Below are positions 56,301 to 64,000 of a DNA stretch of 64,000 nucleotides, in pieces. The translations under genes were made by a program, and so were the position numbers. The first letter of the stretch is position 1, and each line of letters opens with the position of its first letter. The DNA comes from Neoconidiobolus thromboides FSU 785 (taxonomy: Eukaryota > Fungi > Entomophthoromycota). The DNA is taken from assembly GCA_025603075.1 (NCBI GenBank), contig MU626273.1:124001-188000 (forward strand). The letters run 5' to 3'. The notes below the pieces were generated by a model. That model did no database searches. It saw nothing but the letters and a program-made list of their open reading frames with translations, and was not told the DNA's origin.

Positions 56301-59300
56301 GGTAATGTGCTTATTAATCAACCACCTTCTAATGAAGAGGAATTTGATCAATCTGCTGATAACACCCTCAACAATGCCTTAATTTATGAGCTTACTCGAT
56401 TTAGTAGTATGGATCACTTGATTCCATCGTATCATAACATTGTGACTGTAAGTTGTTTACAAGTTCATACTAAGCTAATTGTTGCTCGTATCTTACCGTC
56501 AGATGTCAAGATTTTCTTAAGACATTCGCGCTATGGTAATTTCCTACACGTTCGAATGGCTGCCTTTGATGGGCTTTTGGTTTCAGGTGGTTTGATGATT
56601 GAGGCAGTAAGAGAATACATATTTAATTCGATAGAACATGATCCAGAGCCATTTATAAGGTACTATGTTGTGTCAAATATGGCCAAGGCAATCGCTCTGT
56701 ATCAACGTAAGCTAGAGCGAACTATTATTAAAGATGATGATGACCCATTGAATTTTAGCTCATATTATGAAGTTACGCCATTACAATATTCTAATGATAA
56801 ATGGGTTGAGTTTAAAAAAGACAAATTCTGTAAAGAATGTATTTGGAGGATGTTGTTAAATAGTTTTATTGACCCAAAGATAAGAAACACATTGTTTATT
56901 ATATGCAAATTAATTTATCCATCGAGTGATCCTATAAATATTGACTATTCTATGTTTAAGGCAAAGATTTACAATCCATTATTGCTTAAATATCGAGATG
57001 AAGATGTAAGCAAAGAAGTTGAAACGAGCATTACTAGAGAGGATTCAATTGGTCTTAAAATACGTTTGAATAGAAATAAACCTATCAAAGAAGAGCCCAA
57101 AGTACATACTAAACATGAATTTACAGACCATTCGGATGCCATGGCAAGATCACCTTCTCCTATTGATGTGCTCGGTTCCTATGATTTGAAACCAGCAATA
57201 AAATCTCCAATTCATGAATCACCATTTACCCTTAAAAGCAAACAAGAATCACCAAGCGAACAAGAGCCTGATTATTTATCAATTGTTTCACCAACTTTTG
57301 ATATTGAAAATGATGATAAATTTAACATTTCGATTGAAGAACGTAGGCCTAAAGTTTCAATTGAAGAGCGTAAGCCTAAAATCCCAATCCAAGGACGTAA
57401 AACCCATATTTCAGTTCAAGAACGTAAGCCTAAAACTCCAATTCAAGAACGTAAACCTAATATTGAGGAAACAAGCAACAAACACTTGAATAGGAATGTA
57501 ATTAAACCTTCAAGAATCCCTAATAAAGAAGAGGTTCCATTTAAAAACCCAGCTATACCACATAAACTCGAAGCTACTCTTGGTAAGTATAGAGGTGAAA
57601 GCTCAATTTTAAAGCAAAATGGTGGATATAAGCCGTATGAAGTTGAATCAAAACAGAACATTCCAGAATCTAGCCTTATTAAAAAGAGTAATTTTATTGC
57701 TAGGGACGAACATGACAAGGTTGACGTTGTTGGAAATATAGAAACAAATACAAATCACATCCAAAGGCAACAATTCAATGAGAGTGGTGAATCTAAAGTA
57801 CATACCAGGTTATCATCAAAGGTTAAAGATCCGGATACCCATCTTAAAGTGCCCAAACATCGTAGCTCATTGAATGAGCCATCAAACTATACAAATAAAC
57901 CATCTATCAGCAAAACTGATAATAAAATATGTAAGAGCGTGATAAATACGCTATTCCAACAATCTTCCGTAAATGTATTGAAGAATTTTACTGCTGAGTT
58001 AATAAAAGATGACTCAAATCCCAGCGCAGTAACAAAAATCAGTTTAAGGAAAATTAGAGATAAAGTGGAAAACTGTCGTTATCCCACCATTGATGCATTC
58101 CGCAAAGATGTTAATTTCTTATTCAAATCTGCTTTATCGAGTGGTAGATTTGAGAATGAAGAGATGCAAGAGGTTGAGGAATTGAAGAGGCTTTATGTAA
58201 AGGAATACAAAAGGTTGACAAACCCTAGCCCGCTTCCACCATCTACCCCACAAATCAAAGTTGATTTGGAGCAAAAATCAGGGCGTGCTTCGCATAAGGA
58301 CCCTGTTGCTAACCCATTCTACCGCAGCAAATCTTATGAGTCAGTTAAGGTCATCCTTAGAGCCATTATGGGCATGTCACAAGCAGAGCCATATCTATAT
58401 TGTAGTGTAACACCATTTAAAGAGGCAATAAATCCAGGGAAGGCTTTATTCTCCATGGATCTAAACAAGATAAGAGTGGAATTAAAGACAGGAAGCTATC
58501 AATCTTCATCTGCTATATTTAAAGATTTGATGTCTCTTTTCTCGAACGGCTTAAAGATGGTTGCCCCTTCATCAATTACATACAAAAGAACTAAAGAAGT
58601 CATATCTTTTCTTAAAGAAGAATGGAAGAGAGAGTTTCCAGATGATATGATTGAAGTTAGCAATGAAGAGAATAAACATCAACCCCCAACTATTGCTGCT
58701 ATAAAAATTGAAAAAGAAAGAGAGACCCTACCAGTAATCAAAGATCGCCATAAAGAAAAAGAGTTTAATATCAAAATGTTATATCAGTTTGGCATTCGGT
58801 TGGTTACTAAATTAGAATTGCATCCGTCCTCTCCTCAGTTCCGCTTACCTGTTGATCCAGTTGCACTTGGAATTCCTACTTATCTCGATGAAATTAAGGA
58901 ACCCATGGACCTTCGTCATATTCGTACCACACTAGAGGCCAAGAATTACAAGAGTTTTTCAAAACTAGATTATGACATTAAGTTGTTGTACCGTAACGCA
59001 CAGCACTTTAATCAGCCAAATACATGGGTTTATGATGAAGCAACTCGATTTGAAAAGTATTATAACTCATTGATAGCAAACTTTAATGGTACTTTTGAAA
59101 TGGGACAGCATGATATATTGGAAAATATCTTGGATCGTGTGAAAACTCATTCTTGCTCAGAGATATTTTCATCGTCTGTTGAATTTAAAGATAAAATGAA
59201 AGAGGAGTTGGATTTGAAAATCATTTCATCAAAGATCAAGAAAAAATATTATACCCATTTTGGGGAGTTCGAAAATGACTTCATTGAAATGCTTCACGTT

Positions 59301-60366
59301 GCATTTAGTTATTATGACGAAAGTGATCCTAAGTTTCAACATGCTCTTAAGTTTGAAAAATACTTAGTAAAACACTTCACGCGCCATTTCCCAGACATCC
59401 CTCTCCGTATTGGAAATGTTAGTAAAAAGAAGCGATTGATTTTTATGGACCCATCTATTTCAACTTTATGTGAGAAACTTGTTAAAAAATTGATGAGCAA
59501 TCCGGCAGCAGATGCCTTTTTGAAGCCAGTAATATCTATTTAATATATGGAATTGTAGTACTAATGACTTTATTTAGGTTGATTGTAAAGCAATCCCACT
59601 TTATCCATTGATGATCCGTCAACCCATGGATCTTAGCACTATTAAAAAGAAAATCAGTGCTAAAGAGTACAAACTAATCAAAGACTTTGAAAGCGATGTA
59701 AAGTTAATCTTTACGAATTGCTATAATTTCAATGGACCAGAAAGTTATTATTCAGAAGAAGCTAAAAAATTGGAAACTGTATTTAATAAAGAATGGGTTG
59801 TTATTGTTAATAATGCTAAGAGAAGCAAACAAGATCTCAGTAGTAGCCATCCATCTACAAATCAAAGACCATCAGTTACAATCCTAAATGAGGCCACTAC
59901 TGGACTTTCTAGACAACATATTGACTCATTAAATTCAGCATTAGAGGATTTAAAAAAACACAAGCATTTTTATATTTTTTCACGACCTGTAGATCCCAAA
60001 GCGGACGGCGCGCCAACCTATTTTGATGTCATTAAAAACCCTATGGATTTTGGAACTATTCGTCAAAACATTAAAAAAAACAAGTATACATCCTTGAAGC
60101 CAGTACTTTATGATGCCGAATTAGTTTTCAAGAACTGTTTTGCTTTTAATCATCCAAGGGATCCAGTCTATGGCATAGGAGAAGATGTACAAAAAACATG
60201 GCACCGCATTTTACAAAAATATAAGTTGGGTGCCATTGATAAAGAAGAGGTAATAAATCTAGTCTATGTATTAAGATAAGTATTTATTTTTTAGGGTAAT
60301 TCTCCTAGGAAAAGGGAAGCTTTAGATGTGGGATCACCTAAACATAAGGTGAGAAGAAGTAGATAG
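53378..60366 (+). CDS. TAF2: TFIID subunit Taf2 (M1-aminopeptidase-like fold) fused to six bromodomain-like units, multi-exon
   Basis: First exon HQKVSLDIDF; core ALALASQYFG, KMVVEIEFEQ, IQEPDGTPYEH, EWIRLDSDFEW, LEKDRDVVSQYEAV, FYRIRADAA, YYVSTLI; C-terminal bromodomains with PVD...PMD...N motifs; last exon 60295-60366. Confidence 0.92.
57327..57461 (+). repeat. 27-bp / 9-aa coding repeat x5 in the Taf2 linker (I.IQERKPK-like)
   Basis: ISIEERRPK VSIEERKPK IPIQGRKTH ISVQERKPK TPIQERKPN. Confidence 0.75.
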
Positions 60367-62114
60367 GTGAAGATGAGGGTTGCCTTATTAAAATATAAAA
60401 TACTACTACTTAAAATTATAGACTGAAACTTATTGGGTTTCAAGTTGATATCTTTTATCTATTTAAACAAAATTACAACTGTATGTAAAAATGAGTCGGT
60501 ATTAACAATTGAATTTTATATTTGGATTTTTTTAATTATTAAAAATAATATTATGGATTAACAGTCATAGCTTTTTTAGATTATTATAAAATTTAATAAT
60601 TTTGTGTCTACTGGTAAATTACTGTATAAAAACTGTATGGTACTTTTTGAAAAAACCTTGAAAGAGTTGTGAAAGTTGCAGGTAGTTATTATAAGCAATC
60701 AAATTTAAGATTATGGAAAGGAGAACAATAATCATTAGATAAGAGTTTATCTATTATTCCTATTCTGAGTAGTCATTTCCTAGTTCATGCGGGGCCATTA
60801 ACCTACACAATCTTACATCCTATGAAAATAAAGACTGCAGTAGTCCTTATGCTGTTACCCGAAAATTAAGTTTTATATGAGCCCAATAAAATAGCTAAAT
60901 ATCTGACGAACAAAAGTTTGTAACGAAAGATATAAAGGAGGCTTATAAAGCTAATTTGAAGTCTGTAATCAATTTAATAAGCTTATAGGGATCTGGTAGA
61001 GCAGTAGATACATTAAGATACCAAAAAGACTTAAAATAGAATTTATAAAATAATATTTAAACATAAGAAAAATAAATTAAACTGCCAAGCTTTAAACTGT
61101 AATTATTTTATGGAAGCCTTAAAAATGAATAAATTTATAAGTTTTATGTCACTTTTTTAATTGTAACAGCTGTAATAAAGATAAACCAAAACTGTATAAG
61201 TAATCTCAACTTGCTTGTAAAATGCCATATTTGATAAAGCTACTAACATTTAAATTATATATAGTTATTCAAGAAGAGCTAGATCTAGTTACTGCAACCT
61301 CATAATTGTAGTATGCCAGCCAATCAGAAAGCAAAAAAATTAATATCTAACAGCTTTAATTTGCTTTAGTTCAACAAATAAAGTCTTTCTTTCTGTGCAC
61401 TTATACGTCAACAAATCAATATTTATTTTTTTGTGTAACCCAATCATTATCAAAACAGGACCATATTATTGGGCGAAACGACTTTATTCTAACCTTGATT
61501 GGTAACTATTTAGACATCCTTATTTTTTTAAATGGAACTTGGAAATTAAGAGTTCTTACAATAATGTTTTTTCATGCTATAATGTTTATCTTTTTTGAGC
61601 TCATTGTCTTTATTTATAAAATGTCCAACCCTTCAAAAAACATCATTTAAAAGCTTAAATACTACTTTAAACAATATTCAATTATCAATTTTTGTTAAAG
61701 TATTATTGCAAATAAAAGTATAGTGTATAAAAGCCTTTTGATAAAATGATTTTATTATTTGTAAAATAACAAGGTAAGCTCTATATCAAAATTTAACTAT
61801 GTACAATGCTTCTAATAAAAAAATTAAATGATTTTTATAAACTTTCAATTTGATATTTTTAATCACTTTTAAATTTGCTATTTAAGTACGATAAAATAGA
61901 GATGAAAACAAATTCAAATAATAATAACCGTTATCTTGGATTTTCAACTTTTAAAAAAATTTAGACTATTAAAACGGATTATCATTTTTGATAAGATATT
62001 GGTATTTCCTTATCAATTGTCATTGTAATTGTATAGTCAACTTAAGATAATGATATGTTAAAGAGCCTGAAAAGTGGAAGTAAAGGTGGTGTAATGTTAG
62101 ATTAGGAATGGAAA

Positions 62115-62207
62115 TGGGGATGTTTTTTTAATTTTATCATTTTTCCATTTTTCAAGTGTTATGAGCAGAAAGGTCGTTAATAAAATTCTCAAAAAAATAC
62201 ATCCCCA
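62115..62207 (+). mobile_element. MITE-like family 1, copy P
   Basis: TGGGGATGT...TTCCATTTTTCAAGTGTTATGAG...ACATCCCCA; AA / AA flanks. Confidence 0.8.
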
Positions 62208-63153
62208 AATAGTAGAAACTAATGTTAATAATAAATTAATGGACAAAAAGTATAGATTTATTAAAACAAAACTCAATCACATAAAATACAAAAGTACCTC
62301 ATTATTATTGTTCCAAATTAATAGTGTATTTTTTTAAATATTTTTACTTTTATCATTATGAGGCTTTAGCAAGCACCATCTCTTTAGATTCAATAAATTA
62401 TTTTTTGGGTAAAAGAATTTCAATGCACTAAAATGCCACTCAAAATTAACTTGGCAGATTTGTTACAAAAATATCCATAGATTAAATTTGGAAAGGTGAT
62501 ATATAAAATTATGTTATTCTTAAGTCATTAATTAAACTGATATTTTAAAATGATTTTAAAAATCTCGATTATATTAAAAAAATATATTTCTTAGAATATT
62601 CTAGCTCCCCTTTACTTCTTTTATTTGATAAACTTAACTATATATCTTTTATATCTTTTATAACTTTTATTAATAATTCAAAAGCAAATAGAAATTAGCT
62701 CTATTTACATTACTTAGTAAATTACATTCTATCAATTAGTTGAAGTTTTTGTAACACAATATACATATTTACTATGTAATGGTAAAAAGATTCATTAATA
62801 GACAAAGGTATATAGATATGAATTAAGGAATAAAGTACCACAATACAGTATTTGTATATCTCAAACATAATTTATCGTCTAACTTATTAGATAAGAGGTA
62901 TGACATATAATTGTAAAACTTAATTCCATAATTTATATACACACAAGGATAATTCACAATTAATATTCATTTAATAACATTGCTATCTTATTAAATATTT
63001 TCCAAAACCCCAAAGATTAAAAACTGTTCTTATTAGAAAAAGGTTTGGTAATAGTTCAAACAATTCGAAAAGTTAGAAATACATTTATATTCTTATCTGG
63101 TATTAATCTAAAACTTTGATATTATGAAGAGTACTTACAAACTTGGAATCATA

Positions 63154-63254
63154 TGGGAATATATTTTTATATTTAAGAATTTTGGTAACAATTTTTCCGC
63201 TTATATAGTGCTTAAAAAATGAAAAAAATAATGAAGTCAAAAAAACCATTCCCA
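63154..63254 (-). mobile_element. MITE-like family 1, copy Q
   Basis: TGGGAAT...ATAGTGCTTAAAAAATGAAAA...ATTCCCA; TA / TA flanks. Confidence 0.82.
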
Positions 63255-64000
63255 TATATTTATGCTATATTTCGTAAAGACTGTATCAATTTTTACATCA
63301 AATTCAAGCTGATTTGGTTTATGAAACAAAAATTTAAAAAACTATCATATTGCGTATAATGATATTTATGTATTTTTTTATGTATACCGATGATAGCCTT
63401 ATGTATAAGTCAAATATAACGTTATAATCCTCATTAATTTAGATATTGATACTTCGAGGTTTAAAGAAACCTTAGCTCAAGCTATATGTAGCATTCAATG
63501 ATCACAAAAATTTAATAAATTTATATTAAATAGCTTTGTAAATCATTAAAGAAATACTTTCGTGTTTTAAGGGATATTTTAAGCTAGAATGAATGAATGG
63601 TTTTGGGATTCTAAAGCTTTGAAATCAAACTAAATTTAGCTTTGAAAACACCATTTTACTATAAAAATAAAAATAAGTGGACTATATAAGCGTATTAATA
63701 AATATCTCCATTAAAATATTCATTTTATAATATGGAGTGTTTAAATATAATATTTATTTTCAATAGTAACTTTTGCAAAGTAAATATTACAAAATATAAT
63801 GTATCTCATAAATTTTCTATTAAAACCACTTTTAATACCATTTTTATTTTGAATGTAATTTCATTTCTGTTTGATGAAATCGCTTTTTAAAAAATACCTG
63901 TTTATCTGTTAGAAGGTTCTCAAAAAAAGATAATACCTATTTATAACCTTCAAAGATTTACAAGAAATATAATACCTGTTTATTATTGATATCATTATTG

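Noticed and set aside
22839-57718. Remaining short ORF-track entries (22839+, 31480+, 33302+, 40104-, 45935+, 49978-, 50364-, 53152-, 54436-, 56048-, 57214+, 57443-)
   Set aside because: All are antisense or alternative-frame overlaps of well-supported genes or their promoters, without independent motifs.
60650-61650. Patches of coding-like sequence downstream of TAF2 (possible decayed gene or transposon)
   Set aside because: Needs several frameshifts and contains many stops; no family motif recognised.

Overview
Very AT-rich eukaryotic nuclear DNA with short GT-AG introns (about 45-65 bp where I mapped them). The gene content points to a fungus: chitin synthase with a myosin-like domain, Mgm1, Sec72, hybrid histidine kinases, a class 3 lipase and a Taf2 carrying bromodomains. 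An early-diverging lineage such as Entomophthoromycotina (Conidiobolus-like) is my inference and is not proven. I can support about 22 protein-coding genes, 4 tRNA genes (2 Phe-GAA, 2 His-GTG) and 17 copies, plus one fragment, of a ~95-100 bp terminal-inverted-repeat (MITE-like) element. That element has TGGGG...CCCCA ends and 2-bp target-site duplications that are usually, but not always, TA. The most interesting region is 10.7-19.3 kb. It holds three small intronless secreted precursor-like proteins with a shared layout: signal peptide, cationic amphipathic helix, T/P-rich spacer, KR site, short C-terminal amphipathic peptide. They sit with a secreted His/Asp/Tyr/Gly/Lys 13-aa repeat protein, a POT peptide transporter and an orphan membrane protein, forming a candidate Kex2-processed antimicrobial or cytolytic peptide locus. 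Other notable items: Taf2 fused to six bromodomain-like units, a signal-peptide-bearing 2H phosphoesterase, a tRNA-His variant with U3:G70 and G4:U69 pairs, and CpG-specific decay in the repeats. All family assignments come from motif recognition by eye; no database search was run.
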